Assembly: GCA_013265495.1 (NCBI GenBank)
Contig: MU058868.1
Coordinates: 310,001 to 374,000 of the forward strand
Length of the DNA stretch: 64,000 nt
Reading direction: 5' to 3'
From: Vicugna vicugna
Taxonomy: Eukaryota
This document shows positions 44,760 to 55,500 of the stretch, in pieces. Position 1 is the stretch's first letter. Each line of letters begins with the position of its first letter. The notes below the pieces were generated by a model, which did no database searches, was not told the DNA's origin, and saw only the letters and a program-made list of their open reading frames with translations. Both the position numbers and the translations under genes were made by a program.

Positions 44760-45113
44760 AGCGGACACGCTCCAAGCCTGTCCTCACGGGCACACATCCG
44801 GTGAACACGACGGTGGACTTTGGGGGCACAACGTCCTTCCAGTGCAAAGTGCGCAGCGACGTGAAGCCGGTGATCCAGTGGCTGAAACGTGTGGAGTATG
44901 GAGCCGAGGGCCGCTATAACTCCACCATCGATGTGGGTGGCCAGAAGTTCGTGGTGCTGCCCACGGGCGACGTGTGGTCGCGGCCCGATGGCTCCTACCT
45001 CAACAAGCTGCTCATCACTCGCGCCCGCCAGGACGATGCGGGCATGTACATCTGCCTGGGCGCCAACACCATGGGCTACAGCTTCCGCAGCGCCTTCCTC
45101 ACGGTGCTTCCTG
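44760..45113 (+). CDS. FGFRL1: FGFRL1 exon 6 (Ig3)
   Basis: gcag| [42 protein letters not shown]...SAFLTVLP, G|gtgagt; 354 nt. Confidence 0.97.
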
Positions 45114-45238
45114 GTGAGTGGGCCACACCCTTCCTGCCCCGCCCTGCCTTCGTCCTGAGCCACGCCCACATAGCCCTCCAGCCGGCACCCCCAACCGGAT
45201 CCCTGGTGATGTTCCCCTCCCACCGCCTTCTCCTGCAG

Positions 45239-45681
45239 ACCCAAAGCCGCCAGGGCCACCAGTGGCCCCCTCATCCTCGACCACTAGCCTCCCATGGCCG
45301 GTGGTCATTGGCATCCCAGCCGGCGCCGTTTTCATCCTGGGCACTGTGCTCCTGTGGCTCTGCCAGGCCAAGAAGAAGCCGTGTGCTCCCACGCCTGCCC
45401 CTCCCGTGCCGGGACACCGTGCTCCCATGACGGCTCGTGACCGCAGCGGGGACAAGGACCTGCCCGCCCCCACCACCCTCACCGCCACCTCTGGTGTGGG
45501 GCTTTGTGAGGACCTCGGGCCCCCGGCAGCCCCTCAGCATCTGCTGGGCCTGGGCTCAGCTGCTGGCCCCAAGCTTTACCCCAAACTCTACACTGACACG
45601 CTCACTCACACGCACTCACACACACACTCACATGTGGAGGGCAAGGTCCACCAGCATCAGCACATCCACTACCAGTGCTAG
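45239..45681 (+). CDS. FGFRL1: FGFRL1 exon 7 coding part (TM helix plus cytoplasmic tail)
   Basis: tgcag| [41 protein letters not shown]...[41 protein letters not shown]; 443 nt. Confidence 0.97.
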
Positions 45682-45809
45682 AGGGTGCAGCTTTCCGACG
45701 CCCGCCCACCAGAGCTCCGGGTGCCTGGGATGGGCTGGAGGGGGCCCAGGCTGGGGCGAGAGGGCCACTGAGGGAGATGGACCACAGGTGAGAGGTGCCC
45801 CGAGTGAGG

Positions 45810-45912
45810 CACACACACACACACAGACGCACATACATGCACGGCATACCTCTGGACACACACACGGAGTCACACACACACACACACACACACACACAGT
45901 CACACACACACT
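45810..45912 (+). repeat. Interrupted (CA)n tracts in the FGFRL1 3'UTR
   Basis: Read directly. Confidence 0.9.
45827..45833 (+). promoter_or_regulatory. miR-210-3p 7mer-m8 seed site ACGCACA in the FGFRL1 3'UTR
   Basis: Complement of seed UGUGCGU; FGFRL1 is a reported miR-210 target in human. Confidence 0.5.
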
Positions 45913-46469
45913 CTCAGACTAAGCAGCCCTTGGGAAGGTCTGTGTTGTAATTTGCAGTGCGCATGTAGCAATGGGCTAGCTCATGAAGGAATCCCTTGGC
46001 CCCGTGGGAAGGATTTCATAGGGGCCATGATCACCCCCCAACCCCGGCCTGGCAGGAGATCTGAGAGGCACCCTGGCTTTGTGAACCAAAAACTCCGACC
46101 CCTTCCCTACGCCTGCCCGCCTGTGTCCCTGCCCCGGCTATTTTTGCCACCACCTGTCCGGGTGTCCAGGAGTCCACCAGTACCCTGGGCAGGGGGGGTC
46201 ACATGTAGCAGTCCAGGGCCCTGCCCAGAGAGGCTGGAGCCGGCTGGGGGTGGCTCCTGCCCCACCCGGCCTCCCACTGCCAGAGGGAAGGGGCCCTTGA
46301 TATTTATATTTAAGAAATTGAGATAATATTAATAATGATGAGAGGAGGGTGTGGCCGCAGAGATTCGGCCTCTCCTGGGGCCCAGGGCCCGCCTAGCCCT
46401 GTGGCCACACTGATGTCCCCCCGGGACCGGGCACCCATCACCCTACTCCCTGTGGTGGCCCCAGACCTC

Positions 46470-46580
46470 TGTAATTTTATATAGAGTTTGAGCTGAAGCT
46501 TCGTATATTTAATTTATTTTGTTAAACAAGAAAATGTGCATCCTTTCTCTCTAAGCTGGTGTGTCTGCGTGTGCATGCAC
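46470..46580 (+). terminator. FGFRL1: Probable FGFRL1 3' end with non-canonical poly(A) signal
   Basis: TGTA at about 46474, U-rich tract, AAGAAA at 46528-46533, GU-rich downstream sequence from about 46556; resembles the recalled human FGFRL1 mRNA end. Confidence 0.6.
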
Positions 46581-49500
46581 GTGTACATGCGTATGTGCCT
46601 GTGACCAGACTGGGTTCCAGAATCGGGAGCAGAGGAGGCTCTCAGGAGCCCCATTGCCAGGGCTTAGGCTCCGAGGCTGAGACCTTGGGTCCCCAGGGCC
46701 CGCCATCAGGGCCCCCGAGCAGAAGGAGTCTTCCCCGTGCACCTGCACACCCTCCCACGCAGGCCAGAGTCCTGCACACCTGGCCCTGTGGGTGCCCCTC
46801 TACGGGCGTGGCCCCTGCAGCCCTCAGGCCTCCGCTTCTCCCCACCGCAACCTGGGTTAACTGGGTGGCCTTAGTGGGGAGACGGGCAACGGCTGTATTG
46901 TTGCCTTTACCCAGGTGACCCAGTCTCTGTCCACCTAGGGCGGTACAACCGTGGTCTCAGTCTCCAGATGGGGAAACTGAGGCTCTGACCCCCTCGGCCA
47001 GCACGCAGGGGTTGGGCTTCCTCTGGTCCAGAGGTTCTGGAGCCTTTCAAGAAAAGCAGTAAGATAACGTGTGCGAATTTAGCAAAGCTCCTGCGTGACA
47101 GTGTCGGAAGGTCCAAGGGAGGGGTGAGGCCTTGCTGTGTCCTGAGCACTGCCCCAGCCACCGCAGCTTCTTTGCGCTTCAGGAAAGAAGCATGGGCTCC
47201 GCCTGACCGTCCCACCCAAGAACTGCTGGTCCCCAGGTTAGGGCTGAGTGTCTCCTCCACTCCCACAATGAGGTGCTGCCCCCTCTGCCTCCGCTAGGCT
47301 CCCAGGGCTGGGTCCACTGTCCCCTCCACCACTAGGGCTCCCGTGAATGCATAATGGGGTCCCCTGTCCTCAACATCCCCGCATCCTCTGGCCTTCCAGG
47401 GTGGACTCCACTCCTGTTCCCAGGCAGGCAGGGGCTGGCCCTGAGGGAAGCCCCACTGGGGTGTCCTAACTCCATGGGCAGTGACCACGCTTAGAGCAGG
47501 GCCAGTGGCCTCCAGATGATGGAGGCCACTGACAGGGGACACCATGGGAGATCTGGACCCTGGCTGGCTGTGGAGAGCCCTTCTGCAGTGGCCTAGGGAG
47601 TGGTGCCTGTATCTGCATGTGTTTGTGTGTGTGTGTGCAAGCGTGTGGACGTGCATGTGTGCACGCCTGGATACCAAGGGGCTGCAGGCAGCCCACAGCT
47701 GGTGACTGAACAGATGTTCCCCAGACAAGACAGGCTGCAGCCCATGTCTGGTTGGGTTTCAGTTTGAGGGGGGAGGGGTGCAGAGAGGGGGAACCTCGAG
47801 TGGAGGGGAGGCCTCGGGCAGTGGGCCATCTTTAGGTCATAGGAGATGAACTGCTCCCTCCCCAGAGCACAGGCATAGGGGTGGGCACCCTTGAGGGTAC
47901 AGTCCGCAAGAACCTCAAAGGGGACTCTGGGACTCCCAACCTTGTACCCTTCTTGGCCTGAGGTCCAGTGCTGTCCACATGGGCTCACGTGGGGACACTC
48001 ATCCTCTGCCCCAGGGAAGTCTGTGGAGGGTTGATGACCTGCCCACCCCCAGGACCACTCTCTCAGCCGGACAGGCGTACAGGGCTGGGGATTGCAGTTC
48101 TGAGACCTGCGGCCCTGGGCCCACCCCCCAGCAGCATTTCAGGAGGGAGAGGTTCTGATGGGATGGTCATTCTACAGCTATAGTAGGGCCCTGGGCAGGG
48201 CAGGGGGACCCTGTGGAAGACAAGCAGACCTACCCTCGTCCGGCTGTCCCCACTCCCACCAGCCCTAGCCCCCATTACTGGCCCGCTACACCCTGGAGCT
48301 CAGAGACCTTAGCCAAGCCCCCTCCCACAGTACAGCTTCCTGCCCTGGGAGTATGGGGGTAGGAGGGCAACCTGGGAGGGTCTCAAAGGCTTCCTGGAGG
48401 GTGGACCATCTCCTCCCTGTTCCCCCTGCGGCTTCCAGACCCTTCTCCCCCAGCCTCCCAGTCTGCAGCAGCAGGCCCCCTCCTGCGTCTCCCTGGTCTG
48501 TCTCCAGCTGACACTTCCAAGACTCCTGTGTGATTTTAGTTCCCACTGGATGCCCCCCGACCTCAGCTCCTATCCCCACGACTGCAGGGTCCCCAAATTG
48601 CAGAGGGGCACACAGGCCATCCTGCCTCCTGCACCTGGGCTGGAAGTTCCCACCGCCCCCCTGTGGGGGCTGGGGCCGCAGGGCAGAAGGGTGTGTCCTC
48701 ACCATGCTGCGCGTTGGCAGGGTGTCTAAAAGATGGGGCGCCCTGCACCCTAGCCTTGCAGGCCCGAGGCTCCCAGGGCCAGCCTCGCCGTGCGAAGTCT
48801 GCCTAGCAGACTGTTCACTGGCCTGCCAACTGATCAGCCCCTGTGCCCAACCCCCATCTGACCAGGCTTTCTGTCCCCCTGGTGCCCCGCCCCTTTGGGG
48901 GGCTCCCAGGCCACCCACAGAGGAAAGCCCACTCATGGAGGAGGCAGGGGCTTGAGGGTAGGGCCGAGGGGAGCCTGAGTGGGCGGGGCCAGGTGGCAGG
49001 AGGGGCCAGGTGGCAGGCGGGGCCAAGGGGAGGGTCCATGGGCGCAGAAGGGCCAGGGGGAGCCCAGAGGCCCACCAGGGAGGGGCACATGGTCAGGGCC
49101 ACGACTCCTGGGCTCTGAGAGGCCAGGCCCCGGGCTTCCCATGCCCCTCCGTGGTTGCCCCTTCACAGACACCAAAGCCAGGCCCTGATGTGCCCTTGGC
49201 CACAGGCACAAAGACCAGTGAGCCGCCACCAATGCGATGGTGGCCCACCTACAGGAGCACAGCTGCCTCCAGGCCCCAGCTCTGGGGCTTCCCTCGTGAG
49301 GGGGGAGTGGGGCCTGGACCCTGTTCTGGGGGCTCTGGGTCCTGAGGTAGAGGAAGGGAATCAGCTGCGCTCTCGGAGTGACCCCAAGGCCAGGGTCTGA
49401 GGGCCATCTGGGGAGGAGGCTCCCGATGTCCACGGTAGGGGAGCCTGGAGCTGGGTAAGGGGGGCGCTGGGAGGGTGGAGCCCCAGGTGCTGAGCCTGGC

Positions 49501-52500
49501 CAGCACCTCCCCTGATCCCTTCCTGGGCGCTGATAGCTGGTTCCCTTGAAGCTCGGCAAACTTGAAAGGGCAGCCCAGGCTCTGCCGCCCTCGGTGTGAC
49601 TGCTCCCCTCTCACTCCCGCCTCTGCTGCCCAGCCCTGCTGGCTTCAAAGGGACAGCGACAGCCTTCTGCAGCTGTCCCAGAGCGGGGGGGCCTGCGGCT
49701 GATGTCCAGGGATCGGGCAGGGCCACAGAGCCCGAGGATGAGGGGGACATGGGACAGCCCCACCCCCACGGGCCTGGGTCGGGAGGGCCTGGAGGGAGAC
49801 CAGAGCTTCGTCCTGGGACCAGGACTGGGGACCTGGTACAGGAACGCAGGATGTAGGACACAGGAAAGGGGACAGGCACATGGGACATGCAGTCGGGACT
49901 CAGGAGGGAGACACCCTACACAGCACAGATTCAACCTGGGACTCGGGGTCTGGGGTCGGGGACCTGCAGGCACTGGCCAGGCTGCAGAGGGCTTGCAGGG
50001 GCCTGGACCTGCCGCTGCAGAAGCTGGGGTGGGATGGAGGGGCTGGCACTGAGGGGCTGAGAGGCCAGCATCCCTAGCTGCCCTTGCCTGGACCCAGGGC
50101 ACAGGCTGGGCTACACTGGGACCGGCGGGCTTGTGGGAGGGGCTGCTCGGGGTGGGCACAGGGATGAGGACTCCCCCAGGGCCAAGCCTGTGCGAGGTGT
50201 CAGGCCCCTGGGGTGGGCTGGGCTGGTCTGCAGGGAAGCAGCCCCCATGCCTGGCACCAGCACCTGGTGTGTCCCAGAGACCCTGCTGTGTCTGGTGGGC
50301 AGGGGCCAAGGCTGCTAATCAGGTGGAGGAGTGGGGCAGGGCTGGGCCTGGCAGCTGGGGGCTCCCTCCGTGCTCGGTGCTGACCACACCCGGTGCCCGT
50401 TCTCAGCTGCCCAGGCCTGGGGGGCCAGACAGTCACTGGGACAGGTTCGGGGGGACAGTGTGAAGGTCCATGCAGCCATCCCCCATCCTGTCGGCCCCGC
50501 CCAAGGCCTCCCCCACCTCCACGCCTGCCCCGCTGAGCTCTTTTCAGTCCTGCCTTGGGTCAGAGGCCTCCACAACCCTGACACCCCCACCGCAGGCACC
50601 CTGATCTCTGCACTGTCATTGTCCATGGAAGAGAGGCTCGGCCTCCCACCCAGGCCAGCACCCTTCAGTGACCCAAGGTGGGAGCCGGTCCAGGTCCCCC
50701 AGCCTGGGGACACAGGAGCACTGGAGGTAGGACCTGCCTCCCACTTGGGCTTCTCCTGTGGAGACCGCCCAGGGGGCGGCCCCTGGTGGAGCCCTGGGCC
50801 TGCCGCTTCCAACAGCTTTTTCTGGCTGTGCTGCCGGGGGTCACTTGGGGTCATGCCCAGTGGGCTCAAGAACCCACCCCCAGATGTTCCTCTGCTGGGC
50901 AGCAGCTGGCAGTGGCCTGGTGTGCCGTCCACCACAGGGCACTGCCCCCCGGGCCCAGGCCTCTCACACCCTCATCCTGGGCACCTCCGGGAGCTGGGGG
51001 CAGGGGCTCTGCCAGCACAGACTCTGCTCCAGCAGGGGGCCCTCGGCACCCGCCTGCTTCTTGAGGAGCGGGCTGGTTCCTTTTGGGGGATCTTGACTCT
51101 GGTGTTTGTCTGGGGTGACAAGGCAGAGTGTTCGGTTCAGGCCTGGTGGGGTCGCAGCCGGGTCCGGGGGCTGAGCACACACATTGCCTCCCCCGCCCCC
51201 CCATCCGGGCCCAGTGCTACCCTGGCCTTGCTCCCGCCTCTCTCCTGGGCCACAGGGATTGTCTCCATCCCCCCAGAGGCTGGGCTGAGTCTGGGAGGCT
51301 GAGCTGAGAGGCAGAAAGGCAGTTCTGAGGGACCCACCAGATGCCCCACGGCCCAGTCCTGGGGAGGGCGTGCGTGCCAGCCTGGCTGCACCGAGCACTC
51401 ATTTACAGGGGGAGCTCAGGAAAGGCGAACTCAGGTCCGGACCAGATGTCCATTCTACATGGTGGCTGGACTGAGACACACACTTGATCCCAAGATGGGG
51501 CGGGGGGACTAATTAAGGGTCTGCAGCAGCCCAGGTAAGGGGCTGGGTGCGAGGAGGAAGCCCCCGGCAACCAGGCAGCCGCACGCCCCACCCCCACTCC
51601 GACAGCCCAGCGGCATCTGGCCCTGGGCCGGCAGGTGGTGACAGCTGTCAACAGCTGGCCACAGGGGCGGGCGCCAGCTTACCCTGAGTCACTGGTAGGG
51701 TGGGGAGAGGGTCTGGCTGGGACAAAGGCTGAGCCAAACTCCCTGCATCCCCAGAATGCCCTCCCTGGGCCTTGGAAGGACACTTGCAGCCTGGGAGAGT
51801 GGGACAGGCAGGGGAGGTCTTGGCCCCAGTGCCCGGGCTTTGGATTCCAGAAGTCTCCACTCACCTCTGAGGGTCCCAGGGCCTGGGGGCTCTATGCAGG
51901 GAGGGCCAAGACCAGCAGCTGGGAGTCTCTGCTAGGAGGTGGAAGCCCTCCCACAGTAGTGTCCACCCTGATGGGAGGCAGTGCAGGGGGGCTGCGAGAG
52001 GGAGGCCCTGGTGAGAGTGGGTGCCCACTGTGGACACGCTCCTCCCCAAGCTCAAGGTGAGGGGTGGGCAGTGGGTCCCACCCAGACTCCTGGCCTTCCT
52101 CTGCCCAGTGGCCTTTTCGGGAACCCCTCCAGCAGGGGCAGCACTGGAGCTGCCCACTCCCTGCTGAGACCCTCCCCTCGGCCGTGCCCTGAGAACCTGG
52201 TTTGGGGTGGGTGTATATCACCGAGAGCTTGGGAGTCACCTAGCTTCGGGCAAGACCTGGTGAGCCAGGGACAGTGAGCTCTCAGTGGCTGCAGAGCACT
52301 CCCTACCTGCCACCCGCCCTCCCTGTCTCACAGGGAGGGCACTGCCAGCCTCCCGGAGGACCCCTGTGTGGCCCAGCATCTGGCAGAAAGTGTAGCGGTC
52401 AACTGCAGCGGCTTGGCCTGGCTCTGACCCTCTGATGTAGGGGCGGGAAGGTGGGGGTCCTGGGGGTCGCTGTCCTACCCACTTTCTGGCCCTGGGCTGT

Positions 52501-55500
52501 AAGGATCCAGGACCTCAGTCCCAACCCTCCCTGGGCCCTACACAGCCTGGGCAGTGCCCCAGGCAGCACCTCCCACCAAGAGCGCACAGGCTGAGCCTCC
52601 TGGCGCTGGTGGCTTCTCTGTATCACGAGACCTCAGGGAGCTACCCAGCCACCCCAGCCCTCGCCCTCCTCATCGGCGGCACGGAGGAGAGGCACCTGGC
52701 TCAGGGGCTGGTGGGAGTCCTGGGTGACCGCATGGATAGGAGGCAACTCTGGCCTGGCCTCAGGATGCACAGAGCGGCCCAGGGGGCAGCCCAGGCGCTC
52801 AGCCTGGACGCAGGCCCAGCAAGGGCTGGCGCGGGCTTGGGGCGGCACCGGGCTCCGCAGAGGCAAATTCCTTGGTCCTTCACAACTTTTTCCTCTATTT
52901 TTTTCCCACTTTCTTCCAAAAGCCATCCTCTACTGTTCGTTCCTGGAGTCCCTCCAAGATCATCGGCACCGGCTCCACTCTCGGCCACAAAGCTCCTTTG
53001 ACGGCGGCAGCCAGAGCTAAACCAACAATGTGAGTGGGGGAGGGAGCGGGAGGAAGGGGGCACGCCCCAGGGCAGAGGCCTCTGGGCATCTTGAGGGGGC
53101 ATGGCAGGGTGACCTGAGTCGCACTGGGACCCCAGCCCTGGGCTCAGCTCCCTCTCTGGCTGAGGACAGTGCCCCCACTCTGCCATCCCTGCATCTCTGG
53201 GCTCCTGTGGCTGAGGTGCAGACGTTGTCAGGGACTGCTTTGAGCCGCCCACCAGCCCCATGGTTCTGGGGGACGACTTGGAGCACATCCCTGCTCTGTC
53301 AGAGTGTCCTGAGGGAGGTGCCAGCCAGGCAGGACTAGGCTGCCTGCTGGGAGGGCTGCAGCCACAGGAACCTGGGCCCGACTGGAAAATGGGATGCATT
53401 TGCCTTGGACTGTCTGTCCCATGCCAGTGTCCCCATCTGTGGGCTCTGGAGGGCTGGGGCTCTGGGCCCACACCTGCACACACTGGCATTCAATAAATGC
53501 TTGGTGGGAGGGGCTGCTGGAGGCAGAATTCGGGCTGCCATTCCTCTGCCTCCTCCCTGCCCTCTTGGAAACCAAGAGGCCTGGCCCCTTGTGCCCCCCG
53601 AAGCCAGCACTGAGCATTGGGCATCCCCTGGTGCCTGGTGACAGGGGAGGCCTGGCAAAGGACAGACAGTGGGAGGTGTTTGCTCTGGACCAGCAGGGTG
53701 GACAGCCTGATGGTGGGCGTCCCAGGACATGGGGGGCCTGGGTTGGGCAGGAGCTGGGGCTGGTGGCAGGAGGTGTCTCCATAGAAGGTTCAGGGCCGGC
53801 ACGGCTGAGGCCCCCCCACCCCCGGCTTCTGCCGCTGGACTTGCAGAGCTGGAAGGGAGGGCAGAGGGCCAGCTTGGCCTGGAATGGGCTCCCAGGTTCC
53901 CGGCCTGTGGCTGGGGCCCTCTGCCGTCTGCTCACTGAGCCCTCGCAGGTTGGCTGGAGGAGCCTTTCTTGGCTACAAACACAAACGTCGCCCCGGGGGC
54001 CCGGCAGGGGCAGCAGGGGCCGTGGAGCAGGCCCAGAACGAGGCACAATCCACCCTTTGTTCCTGCGCCGCCTGGAGCCTGCGGGCCAAGAGGAAATGAG
54101 GGGGGGCGCCAGCCAGCAGCCCTGGCCGCCAGGGCCCCCGCGGACGCCAGGCCCGGCCTGGCCAAGGAGACAGAGGGGTTCGCTCCCGGGAGGGGCCCGG
54201 TGGGCACAGCTGGGCGTCCAGGAGGGGTAGCGGGTCCCAGGAATATGGGCCTGGAAACCCACACCCCGTCGCCTACCCTGCATGCTCCTCCGGGAGCCCT
54301 CAGCCATGGCCCTGCCCCCGCACCCTCGTTTGGTGACCTCAGCCTGAGCACAGGTCTTGGGCAGCCCTGGGTAGCCCTGGGCATCCCCTACTCCAGGCTG
54401 AGAATGGCCTGTCTGTGGTCTCTCACCCCACACTCCTTTCTCTCCTTCTCTTCTGGCCCTAGACAAGCACTGAGGGTGGATGGTGGGGGCAAGGTCTGGC
54501 TGGCTGGGGGGCTGGCCCATAACCTACCGTGCTCCTCGACACTCCCCAGAGCCCTCATGGGGTCTGTGGTCCATCCTTGGAGCAGCCAAGCTTGTCCCTT
54601 CACCCCAGGGCTGGAGAGTGGGTGGTTTAGCAGAACCCACCTGGGAGCACTGTCCTCTCTGCCAGTCCCATCCAGGGCAGCCGGGGGCTGCGGATGGGGG
54701 TGCACGGTGCACATGAGTGCGTGTGAACACCTGAGTGTGCATACACGTGGGTTTATGCATGTGCACATGGACATGTGTGAGTGTGCATGAGGGTGTGGAG
54801 GGCTTGAGACCCCTTCTTCCATCCCCCCACCACACCTTCCTTGACTCCAGGCGACCTTCCCCGAGGGGCCTGGGGCAGGACCCGTGGGGCCAGAGGGCTC
54901 TCCCCTGGGGCTCAGCAGGCTGGGAGGGGCCGGGCTGCCTAGTGTCTCCCTCCTGGATGCGTTACAGGCCTGCATGAGCCTGTGCTAGGGCTGAGAGGTG
55001 AACTCTGCAGCTCCTTCGTCACTCTGAGATCTGCATCTCCCCTGGGAAGGGCTGACTCTGCCCTGCGGGGCGCCCGGTGGGGATGCCACCAGGCCGGACA
55101 CGCAGCAGGTTTCCTCCTGGGGACTGGAGCCTGGCCTGGAAGTCCCACCGGGGATCCAGCAGCTCACGGGTCACCTGGCAGGAGCACCTGGGGGTGACTC
55201 CCACTGGGGCCTTGGTGCCCACCCTCTGCTCAGGTCTGGTGCTGGACCCTCTGGGATGGCCTGAGGCCTAAAGCTCACCCAGGGTGGGAAGACCCTGGAG
55301 GGCAGGGGGCTGTTGCCGTATCCCTGAGACCCAGTCTCGGCCACCTAGCAGGAAGGGATCTGCCGTGACCCAGCAGTGCTGGTGAACCAGAGTGCCCTCA
55401 GGGCAAGGAGAGGGACTCTGAGGCCTGGAACCTGCGAGGGGCCAGGGCTCCCCACCTGGGGACGCGTGTGCACACAGGCATGCGTGTGTGGATTGGCTGT

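Larger units (their letters stand above)
34013..45681 (+). other. FGFRL1: FGFRL1 gene span (ATG to stop), 6 coding exons, CDS 1515 nt = 504 aa FGF receptor-like 1
   Basis: Signal peptide, three Ig domains, acidic linker, TM helix, no kinase domain, PKLYPKLY motif and His-rich tail. Confidence 0.98.

Noticed and set aside
53492-53497. AATAAA as the end of an unknown gene or a long FGFRL1 isoform
   Set aside because: Context (cacacactggcattcaataaatgcttg) matches the L2/MIR 3' tail; no upstream exon evidence
53228-54520. 430-aa minus-strand ORF
   Set aside because: P/G/R/A/S-rich with no domain or splice support, and it crosses an L2-like tail
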